NCBI GenBank assembly: GCA_030649735.1
Contig: JAUSFL010000036.1
Span: forward strand, 64,001 to 128,000
From: Candidatus Iainarchaeum sp.
GTDB lineage: Archaea > Iainarchaeota > Iainarchaeia > Iainarchaeales > UBA10191
Length of the DNA stretch: 64,000 bases
Direction: 5' to 3'
Shown here: in pieces, positions 27,291-37,811 of the stretch
Layout: every line of letters begins with the position of its first letter
Numbering within the stretch: the stretch's first letter is position 1
Program-made: the position numbers and the translations under genes
Notes under the pieces: generated by a model
What the model was told of the DNA's origin: nothing
What the model saw: the letters and a program-made list of their open reading frames with translations, nothing else
Database searches by the model: none

Positions 27291-29051
27291 ATGAATAGGA
27301 AGCTGGCGCTGGTTTTTGTTTTTGCAATTTTTCTTTCAGGCTTTGCTTTCGCAAAGTCTTACTATTTACTTAATGTTTCAGTCGATTACAAGTTCAATGA
27401 AGACGCAAGCATTGACGTGACTGAAGACTTGGTTTTCCAATTCAGCGGGCCTTATAGTTTTGCATATCGGGAAATTACCTTGACTGGAAGCCAAACTATT
27501 GAAGGCTTTCAAGTTTTTGAGAAAACCCAGAATGGGCTTGTTGAATTGACTCCGGAAATTCAGAGTTATCCTTTCAAGGCAACCTGGAAATACCGGGCAG
27601 TCAATGAAAGCAGGGAATTTGTGCTAAAATACAGGCTGAAAAATATTGTAAAGTCTTACTCTGACTCTTTCGAGTTTTACTGGAAGATTTGGGGGGACTA
27701 TTGGGATGCCCCAATCACGCAATTCAATGCAGTGCTTGAGTTTCCAAGGCCACTGGCTGAAGGAAGCAAGGTCTGGGCCCATCCAGCACTAAACGGAAGT
27801 TGGAATATTGACGGAAAGACAGTCACGATTTCCGCCAGCAATATTCCCGCAAGGACTTTTGTCGAAGCTCGCGTGCTTTTCAACAAGGACGTATTGAATG
27901 ATGTTTTCACTGAAAAAATTTCAGGGCCCGGATTGCAGAAAGTCGAAAATGACGAAAGCACTAATGCTTTGATTTACGGCTCGACAGGCTTGCTTTGGGC
28001 CTGGCCGGTGATTGTGCTTTTGGTTTTGGCTTTCTTTTTTTGGGGGTTTTACAAAAAATACGGAATGGAACCGAAAGTGCAGGAAACAAAATACCAGCGG
28101 GAAATCCCTTTTGCGGACAAGCCATACTTGGTGGATTACTTGATGCATTTGAGAATCACTCCAAATGGAATGAGTGCGACATTAATGGACCTAGTGAGAA
28201 GAAAGCACATCAAAATTGAAAAAGTCAAAAAGAAGGGAATTCTTGCAGGAATTTTTGGGGGGGAAGACTACAAGCTGACTAAATTGCCAAGCGCTGACCT
28301 TTTGACAGCGCCGGAAAACTTTTTGATTAATTCAATTTTCAAAAAAAGAGTGGGAAAAGGAATTTTCAATTCAGGCCACCGCAAATCAGTCGTGGAAATC
28401 ACTCTTTCGGAAATTGCAGAAACCAATAAAACTGAAACAACTTCACTTTTTGAGGACTGGAAGCAAGTGGCTGAGCAAAACATTGAAACAAACAAGACAA
28501 AAAACAATTATTTTGACTTTACGGGAAACAAAAAGTTCACGGTTGTTTTAGGTATCTTAATGCTGACAAATTTTATAATATTATGGGCTGGAGTCAAAAT
28601 TATTGCTTTAGCCGCTATTTCGATTGCTGGTTTGGCAGTTTGCGTTGCATTTATTCTCATAGTGGCTATTTTCCCGCGCGCTTTGCCTTCAATGACACAG
28701 CTCGGAGCAGAGCATTACAGCAAATGGAATGCGCTGAAAAGGTTTTTTGACGATTTCAATTACATGAAGGAAAAGACAATTCCAGACATTGTGCTTTGGG
28801 AGCAATACTTGGTTTTCTCGACTGTTTTTGGAAATTCTGAAAAAGTGCTCAAGGAATTCAGGACGCCATTCTCTGCAGAAATGCAAAAGCACAATGCTGG
28901 ATTTTACGCTTTCTCAAGCCCTGCATTTTACAGCGCCTTCAACTCCAGCTTTTCCCAAGCAGGGTTTTCTTCAGCCTCAGCTTCTGGCTCCGGCGGGTTT
29001 TCCGGCGGCGGAGGCGGTGGTGGAGGAGGCGGGGGCGGCGGCGCAGGATAA
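27291..29051 (+). CDS. DUF2207-family membrane protein
   Basis: Signal peptide, extracellular beta domain, ATLMDLVRRKHI, WEQYLVFSTVFG, Gly-rich tail GGFSGGGGGGGGGGGGGAG. Confidence 0.88.
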   Translation: MNRKLALVFVFAIFLSGFAFAKSYYLLNVSVDYKFNEDASIDVTEDLVFQFSGPYSFAYREITLTGSQTIEGFQVFEKTQNGLVELTPEIQSYPFKATWKYRAVNESREFVLKYRLKNIVKSYSDSFEFYWKIWGDYWDAPITQFNAVLEFPRPLAEGSKVWAHPALNGSWNIDGKTVTISASNIPARTFVEARVLFNKDVLNDVFTEKISGPGLQKVENDESTNALIYGSTGLLWAWPVIVLLVLAFFFWGFYKKYGMEPKVQETKYQREIPFADKPYLVDYLMHLRITPNGMSATLMDLVRRKHIKIEKVKKKGILAGIFGGEDYKLTKLPSADLLTAPENFLINSIFKKRVGKGIFNSGHRKSVVEITLSEIAETNKTETTSLFEDWKQVAEQNIETNKTKNNYFDFTGNKKFTVVLGILMLTNFIILWAGVKIIALAAISIAGLAVCVAFILIVAIFPRALPSMTQLGAEHYSKWNALKRFFDDFNYMKEKTIPDIVLWEQYLVFSTVFGNSEKVLKEFRTPFSAEMQKHNAGFYAFSSPAFYSAFNSSFSQAGFSSASASGSGGFSGGGGGGGGGGGGGAG

Positions 29052-29091
29052 AGATTTTAAACACGCAATTCCTGAATTGAATGGTGCCTTA

Positions 29092-29688
29092 ATGATTGGA
29101 ATTCTTGGGAACGAACTGCAGCTGATAATCCTATTTTTCGTGATTTTTGACCCGCTCGCAAGCCTTGTTGTTTTTTTCACTGCAACCAAAAGCATGCCTG
29201 TTGAAGAAAAGAAAAAGATAGCCGCATTGGCAATCACTGTTGCTTCATGCATTTCGGCAGTGTTCTTGATTGCGGGGGAAAGCGTGCTTTACTTGTTCAA
29301 CACAAACATCAACGAGTTCAGGATTGCTGGCGGAATAATTCTCGCAATTTTGGGAGTCAAAATGGCCTTGGGCCAGTCATTGACAGACCCTGATTCAATC
29401 AAGGACAAGCCGTCAAGGGCGATTGCCGCAATCATTGGAACTCCCTTGATAACAGGGCCTGCCGCAATCACTTCAATAATAATTTCAACGCACGATTACG
29501 GCTTTTTGCCGACCGCAATTGCAGTGATTACAGTCATGCTTTTGACTGCCGCAATGTTCTATAATGTCTCAAATCACGCAAGCATTGCAGAAAAAAACCA
29601 GACATTAATCAAAGTGCTTTCAACAATACTCGGGCTGATAACCTTGGCTTGGGGCGTCAACTTCATCAGGGTCGGGCTGGGTTTCTAA
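29092..29688 (+). CDS. MarC-family membrane protein
   Basis: FFVIFDPLA, FRIAGGIIL, PLITGPAAIT. True start is probably ATG 29092. Confidence 0.9.
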   Translation: MIGILGNELQLIILFFVIFDPLASLVVFFTATKSMPVEEKKKIAALAITVASCISAVFLIAGESVLYLFNTNINEFRIAGGIILAILGVKMALGQSLTDPDSIKDKPSRAIAAIIGTPLITGPAAITSIIISTHDYGFLPTAIAVITVMLLTAAMFYNVSNHASIAEKNQTLIKVLSTILGLITLAWGVNFIRVGLGF

Positions 29689-29690
29689 AA

Positions 29691-30638
29691 ATGGCCGAAT
29701 ACGTTCTCTGGGCGATTCCCTCGCTTACCTTGATTCTTTGCTCAATCCTGTTCTTTCACTTTTACAAGAAATACGGCGTAGAGCTTTATTCAGGCCGAGA
29801 AATAGTCCAAGTCAAGGAAATTCCATTCAAGGACAAGCCGTACGTTGTGGACTACTTGCTTAATTTGAAGGCCACAACCAATGGAATGGTCGCAACACTG
29901 ATGGACTTGTTCTTAAGAAAGCACATCAAGATAGAGCGGGTTGAAAGCGAAAGCGTTCTCGGAATGATTTTCAAGGGATATGACTACAAGCTTTCAAGGC
30001 TTGAAAGCAATGGCCCATTGGCCCCAAGCGAGCAGGCCCTTTTGGACCTGATTTTTATTAGGAAAGTCAGGACAGGCTGGTTTTCAACAAGCAAAATCCC
30101 ATCCAATGACGTGACTATTTCTGGAATAATATTAAGGCAGGAGCAAGAGGAAACGCCATTAATAGTCGAATGGGCAAGGACTGCGGAAGCTGAAGTGAGA
30201 ACAAACCATGTAGTCAATGACTTTTACAATTTCACGGGAGCAAGAAAATTCAAAATGTCGCTTATTGCATTAGAAGCCGCATTAATTGCGCTCTTGCTTG
30301 CGGGAATTTTCGCCAAGATTCCAGAACTGGCAATAGGCGCTGTTTATTCAATCCCAATAGTGTTCTTATTCCTGCTGATTACTGCATTGGCACCCAGGAT
30401 TCTTTCAAAAATGACTTACTTGGGGGCCGAGCACTACATTAAATGGCTGGGGTACAAGAAATTCCTCACTGACTTCCATTATCTGGAAAAGAAAATCCCT
30501 GAAGACATCACGCTTTGGGAAGAGCACTTGGTCTATGCCACTGTCTGCGGCAATGCCGAGACTGTCTTGAGGGAATTCAGCTATGCGTTTGAAGCGCGCA
30601 AGGAGCCAAAAAACCACGCGGTAGTATTCCACCAATAA
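29691..30638 (+). CDS. DUF2207 paralog lacking the N-terminal extracellular domain
   Basis: EIPFKDKPYVVDYL, ATLMDL, GAEHYIKW, LWEEHLVYA align with the C-terminal half of 27291-29051. Confidence 0.8.
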   Translation: MAEYVLWAIPSLTLILCSILFFHFYKKYGVELYSGREIVQVKEIPFKDKPYVVDYLLNLKATTNGMVATLMDLFLRKHIKIERVESESVLGMIFKGYDYKLSRLESNGPLAPSEQALLDLIFIRKVRTGWFSTSKIPSNDVTISGIILRQEQEETPLIVEWARTAEAEVRTNHVVNDFYNFTGARKFKMSLIALEAALIALLLAGIFAKIPELAIGAVYSIPIVFLFLLITALAPRILSKMTYLGAEHYIKWLGYKKFLTDFHYLEKKIPEDITLWEEHLVYATVCGNAETVLREFSYAFEARKEPKNHAVVFHQ

Positions 30639-30680
30639 GCGAAAAGCAAGCATTAAAAACAAAAAAGCAATTTTATTCTT

Positions 30681-31166
30681 ATGGTTCGATTGGAAAGCGA
30701 GCTTTGGAAGTTTTCAGAGCTTTGCGAAACCCACAGCATTGAAAAAACCAATGATTTATTGAGCGAAGGCTGGGTTTTGATTGAAGCCCACGCGCGTGAT
30801 GGAAAAAAGACATTCCTTTTAGGGAAAGAGAAAATCCATCAGGCCGCAAAACTGGATTTGGACAAGGAAATTGAGGCAGTGCTTGAAAAGCACGGGAAAA
30901 AATACGAGAACTTGGATTTTAACGAAAGCAAAGAAGCAATGGAAGTCAACAGTTCAACAATCAAGTCGTTAATCAAAGGCCCTGTTTTTTTAGGGCTGGG
31001 AATTTACATTTTCTTCCAGTCAGCCCAGAAAAGCCTGCTTCTTTTGGGAAGCGAATCAACTTTGCTGCAGAATGTGCTGTTTTTTGCGGGCGTGGTTTTA
31101 ACTCTTGTTGGTTTAATGAATGTTTTAGGATTCATTGCAAAAAAAGAAGGCGGCAAAAATGAATAA
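30681..31166 (+). CDS. Hypothetical protein with two C-terminal TM helices
   Basis: 161-aa ATG ORF, coupled to the next gene. Confidence 0.65.
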   Translation: MVRLESELWKFSELCETHSIEKTNDLLSEGWVLIEAHARDGKKTFLLGKEKIHQAAKLDLDKEIEAVLEKHGKKYENLDFNESKEAMEVNSSTIKSLIKGPVFLGLGIYIFFQSAQKSLLLLGSESTLLQNVLFFAGVVLTLVGLMNVLGFIAKKEGGKNE

Positions 31167-34100
31167 GTCAAGAAAATTCATTGGAGTGGCCTTGGCTTTT
31201 TTTACAATCTTGCTTGCCCAGCTTGTTTTGGCAATTCCAGAGCCGGCAGCTTTGTGGAAGTTTGACGAAAGCTCTGGAAGCACTGCCTTTGACACTAAAG
31301 GGGCATATAATGGGACTCTTGCAGGCAATGCGTCTTTTGTGGCTGGAAAGTTTGGCAATGCCGCAAGCTTTGACGGAACAAACTCTTACATTACTGTAGG
31401 AACAGGCAAGTTTGGAATAACCACTGAATTTTCAATGGCTTACTGGATTTTCCTAAAAGGCTCTACTGGAACAAGCCAGGCAATAATTGCAAGAAGCGCT
31501 TTCACAAGGCCTTTTGTGGCAAACTTGGAAAGCAACTTGAGGCAAAGGTTTGGAGTGAGGACTTCAACAACAAGCTATCTTACCGCGACTTCAGCAATTC
31601 CATTAAGCCAATGGGTTCACGTTGCATTGACTTTCAAAAGCGGGGAAAGAATAGTTTACATTAACGGCCAGCCAATCACAACCGATGCTTGGATTGGAAG
31701 CCTGAATTGGGTTTCAGACAATGAAATCACTGTAATTGGAATGAATCCCGGCTCGCCTTACAGCAATCCATTAAACGCAAACTTGGATGACTTAAGAGTT
31801 TACAATACTGCATTAAGCGCTGCCGAAGTGCAGGAATTGTATTCTGGAATAGTGCAGCCTCCAACATGCACTTTGCCGCAAATTCTTTGCGGAGCGAACT
31901 GCATTACTCCAGCATGCACTTCAAGCGCGCAGTGCAATGACTCAAACCCAAACACAACAGACACATGCAACAACGCAGGAACTTGCACAGCAAACTGCAC
32001 CCACACTCCAATAACTCCTCCCAGCACAGTTTATGTGGGCGGCGCAGAAGTGAACACTGAGTATGACACTTATGTCACTCCGCAATGCCTTAGCATTTTA
32101 AACACTAAAAGAATTTTAATGGCTGGAAAATCAAACCAGCATTACATGTTCATTGGAACAAGAAGGTTTGATTCTGGAATGGCAATTGATGAAGGCCCGC
32201 AGAATGTTCCTGGCCTGACTAATTATGGGTATGAGCCGTACAATGGCGAAAACATTCCCGCAAACATTTTTTCAGGAATATCGGGCCAAAAGACAGTGTA
32301 TTACAGTGTTATAGACTCTTCAAACAGGTATGCTGAATTCAACGCGTTTTTCAGGAACATTCCTTTCAGTGGCAACGGTTATACTTACACTTACAATTTC
32401 AGCGATGATGGCGTGGATGCTGCAATGATGGATCCAAGGCTTTGGAGCACGCCGGAAATTTTATACAGTTCATACACAAGCACTTTTGACGCTCTTCAAG
32501 CAGACTTTCCAGCAATAAAATTCATTTATTTTACGCACATTTATTATGGAAATGACCAGACTTTGCAAGGAATCCCGGAAGCCTACAATAATATGATTTA
32601 TCAAAACAAGCTTGGGCAAGTTCCAATTTTTGACTGGGGAGACATTGTTTCAACACAGCAAAGCATTGGGGGAACCACTTGCACCAGGCAATTGAACAAT
32701 CCATTGGCAGCCTGGAATAATTCAGCATGCGTTTGCAAATACACTGACGGTTACAGGCACGGGTGCTCTGGCTATGACGGAACTCATTATTCAGATCCTG
32801 CAATGGAAGACAGAATGGGCAAAGCATACCTTTTGATGCTCGCAAAATTGTTTTGTACTGCACCGCCAGCAAACAATCCCCCGATTCTTTCAGCCATTGG
32901 AAACAAGACAGTGACTGCTGGCCAGCAATTGCAGTTCACAGTAAGCGCCACTGACCCTGAAAGCAATCCATTGACTTATTCAGCCAGCAATTTGCCGAGC
33001 GGGGCAACTTTTAATTCATCAACAAGGGCATTCTCTTGGACTCCGACAACAACTCAAGCCGGCACTTACAGCAATGTCAATTTTTCAGTTAGTGATGGGC
33101 AGGCAAGCGATTCAGAAGCAATAACCATTACAGTCAATTCCGAAACGCCGCCAACAGGAGAGCAAATTTTCATTTCACAATCCGGGACTGGAACAGGCGC
33201 TTCCTGCTCAAGTCCAAGAAATGCCGCATGGTTCAATACTGCAGCCAATTGGGGAACTGGAGCGGGAAAAATCAGCGCTGGAGACACAGTGCACTTGTGC
33301 GGAGCCATTAATTTCCAGCCATTGCAGGGCGGCTTGAGAATTTACGGCAGCGGGACTGCTGGAAACCCAATAACAGTTTATTTCGAACCTAACGCAAAAT
33401 TGAGCGCTCCAGTTTTTGGCGGAGATTACGGAGACAGTTCAGGAGGCGCAATTGACACTAGAAACAACAATTACTTGATAATTGATGGCGGAACCAATGG
33501 AATCATTGAAAGCACTGACACTGGAATGGTCGGGTATTTCACATATTACAGGCAAAGCTCGACAAATTACAACATTCCGGCAAACATTGGCGTTGCAATA
33601 GGCTATTCAAACAATGTTGAAGTAAAAAACTTGAACATTAATAATTTGTTCCAGTCTATTGGAACAGAACCTTGCGGCTGCGGCTACACTGACAGAATGG
33701 GCGCTGTTGGAAAAAACACTGGGGCAGCGGCATTCAGGTTTTCAAACGCAACCAACATCAAAATTCACCACAACACAGTCACAATGGCTGGAATTGGAAT
33801 TGGCGCGGGAATTTACGGAAACGCAAACATTGAAATTTACAACAATGTATTCCGCAAGATTGGGGCAGCAACTCACATTGGAGTAAGCGGTGCAACTGCA
33901 GAAAAAACTCTTGACATTCATGACAATAGAATTGAAGACACTACTGACTGGGGATATAATGACGGGCTGAAAATTTTCGGAGACATGATTCCTTTCAGCG
34001 GAATAAAAATCCACAATAACACCATAGGCCCTAACATGAGCAGGACAGGGCATCCTTCAACAGCATGGGTTTTGATTTCTGACGGCTGGTTTACAGCGCC

Positions 34101-34968
34101 AGAAATTTACAACAACATTTTCCTAGTGGGGCCGGAAGATGGACTGACCAGTGGAATGACATATATCCTAAATCTTACTGCCTACCATGACACCGCCGGC
34201 GATCACGGCTATGCAATGAATTCAAAAGTTTACAATAACACAGTGATTTCTGAAAACACTAATGCATCTTACGGAATTACTTTTGCAGCATTCAGCACGG
34301 CAAGCTCTGGCCACAGGGTTTACAACAATGTGTTCAAAACAAAAGGAATGATGGGCACTTACTTATTCAATAATGGCGCCACAATGGAAGAGTCAGGAAA
34401 CAATGTCTTCTACAGTGCTGCGGGATTGCTTCGCTCAGACTTGAGGTATGTCGGGCCGACAGACAGGATTTTGACTGCAGAGCCGGCTTTAGGGACAGAT
34501 TACAGGCCGACAGCAGGAAGCAGCCTAATTAACGCGGGCAGAAATCTTGGAGCAGGATATTACAACTTTGATTATGCAGGAACTAACCGAAATTCTTACG
34601 CTCCATGGGACATTGGCGCTTTTGAGTATTACTCTGGACAGCCCCCAATTTGCACTCCTTCATGGTCTTGCACTGCCTGGTCTCCAACAGCCTGTCCTCA
34701 AAGCCAAACGCAAACACGAACTTGCACTGACTCACAAGACTGCGGAACAACTTCAGGCAAGCCCGCAGAAACACAAACTTGCATTTACATTCCGCCAATA
34801 ACCTGCTTTGACTTGACTGGCGATTCTAAAGTCGATGTTTTTGACCTGGTTTTTGTAAGCCTGCGCTTGGGAAATCCTGCAAGCGACCCTGCGGATGTCT
34901 TTGGAAACGACGGAGTCAACATTCAAGACCTGCAGGCAGTCGCTGGACAGTTAGGGCAGAATTGCTGA
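31159..34968 (+). CDS. Giant secreted modular protein: LamG, Cys-rich linker, unknown domain, He_PIG/cadherin-like, parallel beta-helix, dockerin-like C-terminus
   Basis: Signal peptide; WKFDESSG...LDDLRVYNTALS; ATDPESNPLTYSASNLPSGA; repeated IYNNxF; WDIGAFEY; DLTGDSKVDVFDL and DVFGNDGVNIQDL. Confidence 0.85.
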   Translation: MNKSRKFIGVALAFFTILLAQLVLAIPEPAALWKFDESSGSTAFDTKGAYNGTLAGNASFVAGKFGNAASFDGTNSYITVGTGKFGITTEFSMAYWIFLKGSTGTSQAIIARSAFTRPFVANLESNLRQRFGVRTSTTSYLTATSAIPLSQWVHVALTFKSGERIVYINGQPITTDAWIGSLNWVSDNEITVIGMNPGSPYSNPLNANLDDLRVYNTALSAAEVQELYSGIVQPPTCTLPQILCGANCITPACTSSAQCNDSNPNTTDTCNNAGTCTANCTHTPITPPSTVYVGGAEVNTEYDTYVTPQCLSILNTKRILMAGKSNQHYMFIGTRRFDSGMAIDEGPQNVPGLTNYGYEPYNGENIPANIFSGISGQKTVYYSVIDSSNRYAEFNAFFRNIPFSGNGYTYTYNFSDDGVDAAMMDPRLWSTPEILYSSYTSTFDALQADFPAIKFIYFTHIYYGNDQTLQGIPEAYNNMIYQNKLGQVPIFDWGDIVSTQQSIGGTTCTRQLNNPLAAWNNSACVCKYTDGYRHGCSGYDGTHYSDPAMEDRMGKAYLLMLAKLFCTAPPANNPPILSAIGNKTVTAGQQLQFTVSATDPESNPLTYSASNLPSGATFNSSTRAFSWTPTTTQAGTYSNVNFSVSDGQASDSEAITITVNSETPPTGEQIFISQSGTGTGASCSSPRNAAWFNTAANWGTGAGKISAGDTVHLCGAINFQPLQGGLRIYGSGTAGNPITVYFEPNAKLSAPVFGGDYGDSSGGAIDTRNNNYLIIDGGTNGIIESTDTGMVGYFTYYRQSSTNYNIPANIGVAIGYSNNVEVKNLNINNLFQSIGTEPCGCGYTDRMGAVGKNTGAAAFRFSNATNIKIHHNTVTMAGIGIGAGIYGNANIEIYNNVFRKIGAATHIGVSGATAEKTLDIHDNRIEDTTDWGYNDGLKIFGDMIPFSGIKIHNNTIGPNMSRTGHPSTAWVLISDGWFTAPEIYNNIFLVGPEDGLTSGMTYILNLTAYHDTAGDHGYAMNSKVYNNTVISENTNASYGITFAAFSTASSGHRVYNNVFKTKGMMGTYLFNNGATMEESGNNVFYSAAGLLRSDLRYVGPTDRILTAEPALGTDYRPTAGSSLINAGRNLGAGYYNFDYAGTNRNSYAPWDIGAFEYYSGQPPICTPSWSCTAWSPTACPQSQTQTRTCTDSQDCGTTSGKPAETQTCIYIPPITCFDLTGDSKVDVFDLVFVSLRLGNPASDPADVFGNDGVNIQDLQAVAGQLGQNC

Positions 34969-34983
34969 AAATAAAGTGAGCTA

Positions 34984-35667
34984 ATGAAAAAAATTACAAC
35001 TCCCTGCAAACCAGATTACAAGAAGCAGATTTTCTCTGAAGGACTGAATTATTTTGCTACTGGAAAAAAATCAATTTGGGGAAGCGGCGACAAAGAAACA
35101 CTGAAATTCTTAAAGAAAGAAAAAATCAGGGGAAAATGGCTTAATTTAGCGGCGGGCGACGGTCGTTATAATTTGAAACTGCTGAGAAAAGCAGGTTTTG
35201 TTATCGCTTCAGACATTGACAAAAGCGCATTAAGCAAATTATACCAGGGAACCCCAAAAGAATATCTGCCAAAATTGAGGATTAAAGTTTTTGACATTAC
35301 TAAAAGATTTCCTTTTAAGGATTCTTCATTTGACGGGATTTTCAGCGCGGGGGTCCTGCACCTTTTTTCAACTCAAATTCTTAAAAAGATTGTTCATGAA
35401 ATGGACAGAACACTAAATGCTAAAGGAAAAGTCCTGATCGACTTTGCCACAGACATTAAGAGAGTCTCAAAAAACGGAGAATTAATCGTGTTTGAAAGTG
35501 AGCCGCAATACAAATTAAACGAGGCCAAGAAACTGCTTAAAACTGCTTTCAAAAAGTACAGGGTTAAAATTCACGAACTGCGTGTTTTTGAAGAAGAATT
35601 CAAAGCAGTCGATAAGCAATACAATTTCAGCTGTAAGGGATTCTTGCTAGTGGCTGAAAAAAATTAA
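34984..35667 (+). CDS. Class I SAM-dependent methyltransferase
   Basis: LNLAAGDGR, ASDID, PFKDSSFDGIFS..VLH. Confidence 0.88.
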   Translation: MKKITTPCKPDYKKQIFSEGLNYFATGKKSIWGSGDKETLKFLKKEKIRGKWLNLAAGDGRYNLKLLRKAGFVIASDIDKSALSKLYQGTPKEYLPKLRIKVFDITKRFPFKDSSFDGIFSAGVLHLFSTQILKKIVHEMDRTLNAKGKVLIDFATDIKRVSKNGELIVFESEPQYKLNEAKKLLKTAFKKYRVKIHELRVFEEEFKAVDKQYNFSCKGFLLVAEKN

Positions 35668-35679
35668 AAAGAAAGGAAT

Positions 35680-35967
35680 TCACTTCTTTTCAGCAAATTC
35701 CATCTTTTTCATTCTTTTAGGAATTATGAAATAGCAGATTTGATGGCAAACAACGCATTCAGCCAAGAAGGCGGGCTTTTTGTTCTGCTTTTTTGGCTGT
35801 TTTGGGAATTTTGACTTTCCGCCATATCCTTGCTTTGTCTTAAACAAGTGCTTTCTCTGGCCCTTGCTTACTGCCCTTGCAGCAGCTGGCTTGAATTGCT
35901 TTAGCTTATGGTCAGTGTGCTTTTTGCACTTTTTACAGTAAGTCTTGATATTTTTTGGAATGTTCAT
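35680..35967 (-). CDS. rpl44e: 50S ribosomal protein L44e (eL42)
   Basis: MNIPKNIKTYCKKCKKHTDH, GYGGK, ECVVC. Confidence 0.95.
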   Translation of the reverse strand: MNIPKNIKTYCKKCKKHTDHKLKQFKPAAARAVSKGQRKHLFKTKQGYGGKSKFPKQPKKQNKKPAFLAECVVCHQICYFIIPKRMKKMEFAEKK

Positions 35968-36139
35968 TCTAAAATTCACCGCTAGAATCTTTTTCAAAAA
36001 AGGCCTAAAAATTAGGTTTTTTGTTAGAAGATATTGCGGGGAAAAGCATTTATAATATTACTGCAAAAAAACCCAAAAAAGCGCGAAAAGCCTTAAAAAC
36101 TAAAACAGCATTAGCTTTACGAGTTACAGGGTTTTTTCA

Positions 36140-36982
36140 ATGTTCAAGAGCTTGATTGGGAGTTTGGGCCAGATTGCCGCAAAACCGCAGGTTTTATTGG
36201 CCGGCATTATTGCAACAGTCTTCCAGACAATAATATTCTATTTTTCCCTGACGCCTTTGGCGAATGTATTTGATAATGCAGTATTGCTTGGGGAACTGCC
36301 TAATGTAAGCCTGATTGAACTGCCTTTCCAGTTTTACAAAATGTACGCAAGCGACTTGAACGTAATTTTGGTTTTTCTCCTGCTTTCAATGATCGTGCAG
36401 TTCTGGCTTGCAATAGTTGTTGCAAGGTTTGCCGAGAACACAATGCACAAAAAGCAAGGCATTTTGGAGGCAATAGGGTTTGGGATTGCAAGCTTTTGGA
36501 AAATCATTGGGGCAATAGTTTTCCTATTGGCTGCCGCGGGGATTTTTTTTGCATTGTTTCAAATAATAATCTGGCTTTCGGACTTTTCGCAAGAGCTTTC
36601 CCTGATTTTGATGCTCTTGCTTGCGGTCTTTACAGCTTACTTGTTTGTGAAACTGCTTTTTTTCCTCCAGATTATGGGGGCAAAGGCAGCGAATGCAAGG
36701 ATTGCATTGCTGGAATCCTGGAATTTCAGCAAGAAAAGATTCTGGTTCATTGTAATATTGATTGTGATTCTTTCAATAATTGCGGGATTGATTGACTTTG
36801 CCGGAAGCCTTGCTTCAGAGCCTTTCGGAGACTCAATAATTGCGACAATTGTCCTGGCTTTCTTTTCAATCCTGGGAACGACTTATTCAACACTGGTTTT
36901 GGCAAACTATTACCTGAACCATGAAGTAGAGCACGGAAAGCTCTTTTACGAAGGCCGCAGAAGGCATCATGAGAGCAAGTGA
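36140..36982 (+). CDS. Polytopic membrane protein
   Basis: About six TM helices; ALLESWNFSKKRFW motif similar to 9304-10254. Confidence 0.7.
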   Translation: MFKSLIGSLGQIAAKPQVLLAGIIATVFQTIIFYFSLTPLANVFDNAVLLGELPNVSLIELPFQFYKMYASDLNVILVFLLLSMIVQFWLAIVVARFAENTMHKKQGILEAIGFGIASFWKIIGAIVFLLAAAGIFFALFQIIIWLSDFSQELSLILMLLLAVFTAYLFVKLLFFLQIMGAKAANARIALLESWNFSKKRFWFIVILIVILSIIAGLIDFAGSLASEPFGDSIIATIVLAFFSILGTTYSTLVLANYYLNHEVEHGKLFYEGRRRHHESK

Positions 36983-37770
36983 TTCTTTTGGAAGAAAAAA
37001 AGCTTTTGATAATCTTAGCGATTGCCGTAATAGCAGTGGTTGCATTATTTGCTTTTGGTTTCCTTTTCATGGCCGCAAGGTTTGGCAATTTTTTCCCCGC
37101 TGAACATCCAGCCACAATGCTTATTATTGGAACTCCAAGCAAATACACAATGGAAGTTTTAAACGCAAATAGGGAATTGGTTTATCCAATAACAACCCGC
37201 ACTGCTGACGCAATGTCGCGCAATTCAGAACAGCAATTAGCCCAATATGATATTGTAATGTTGGACCAGTCACAGCAAGAAAATAAAGAAGTTTCCCGGG
37301 CTTTAGGGGAAGCCTTGCAAAAATACGTGAATTCTGGCGGAAAACTTATTACAGTGCTGGATTCTGGAATCAAAGAGCCAAATGAATCCGGAAACATCGG
37401 GTGGAAAACAACTTTTGGAACAATCATTCCAGTGGAATGCAGGCTTGAAAGCATGACAAACCAGCCAGGCTGCACAAAGAAAGTCACGCTTAATGGAAGG
37501 ATTTTTCCCGGAGCTTACGGGCACAATCATGCAATAATGAGGGGAATTACGCAATATCCTGCAGAACAGTCAAAGCTCTTAAGGGAAACCGTGCTTGACA
37601 TTACAAACACAGGCAATGAAATAGCATACATTGAAGACGCAAGGACAAAAGTCCAGTACACTGCAATTACTGAAGCTCAGACTCTTGTTGGAAAAAGCAT
37701 TTACTTCAATTATGACCCCGGAACAACTCCGGCAATTCTTGAAACAACCTTAGACTACATGACCAAATAA
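36979..37770 (+). CDS. Membrane-anchored hypothetical protein (GATase-like fold possible)
   Basis: N-terminal TM helix; QYDIVML, LQKYVNSGGKLI. Confidence 0.6.
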   Translation: MILLEEKKLLIILAIAVIAVVALFAFGFLFMAARFGNFFPAEHPATMLIIGTPSKYTMEVLNANRELVYPITTRTADAMSRNSEQQLAQYDIVMLDQSQQENKEVSRALGEALQKYVNSGGKLITVLDSGIKEPNESGNIGWKTTFGTIIPVECRLESMTNQPGCTKKVTLNGRIFPGAYGHNHAIMRGITQYPAEQSKLLRETVLDITNTGNEIAYIEDARTKVQYTAITEAQTLVGKSIYFNYDPGTTPAILETTLDYMTK

Positions 37771-37811
37771 TGTAATGCGGGAAAAATTATCTTTAAAAGG
37801 AGTGATTTTAA

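Noticed and set aside
29003-29048. GGC-rich repeat tract
   Set aside because: It encodes the normal poly-Gly tail of DUF2207 proteins.
28789-29091. Long N-terminal extensions in the ORF track (marC 28789, smc 38549, rpl44e 35997, 45626, 29649)
   Set aside because: They overlap neighbouring genes or promoters; downstream ATGs match the family starts.
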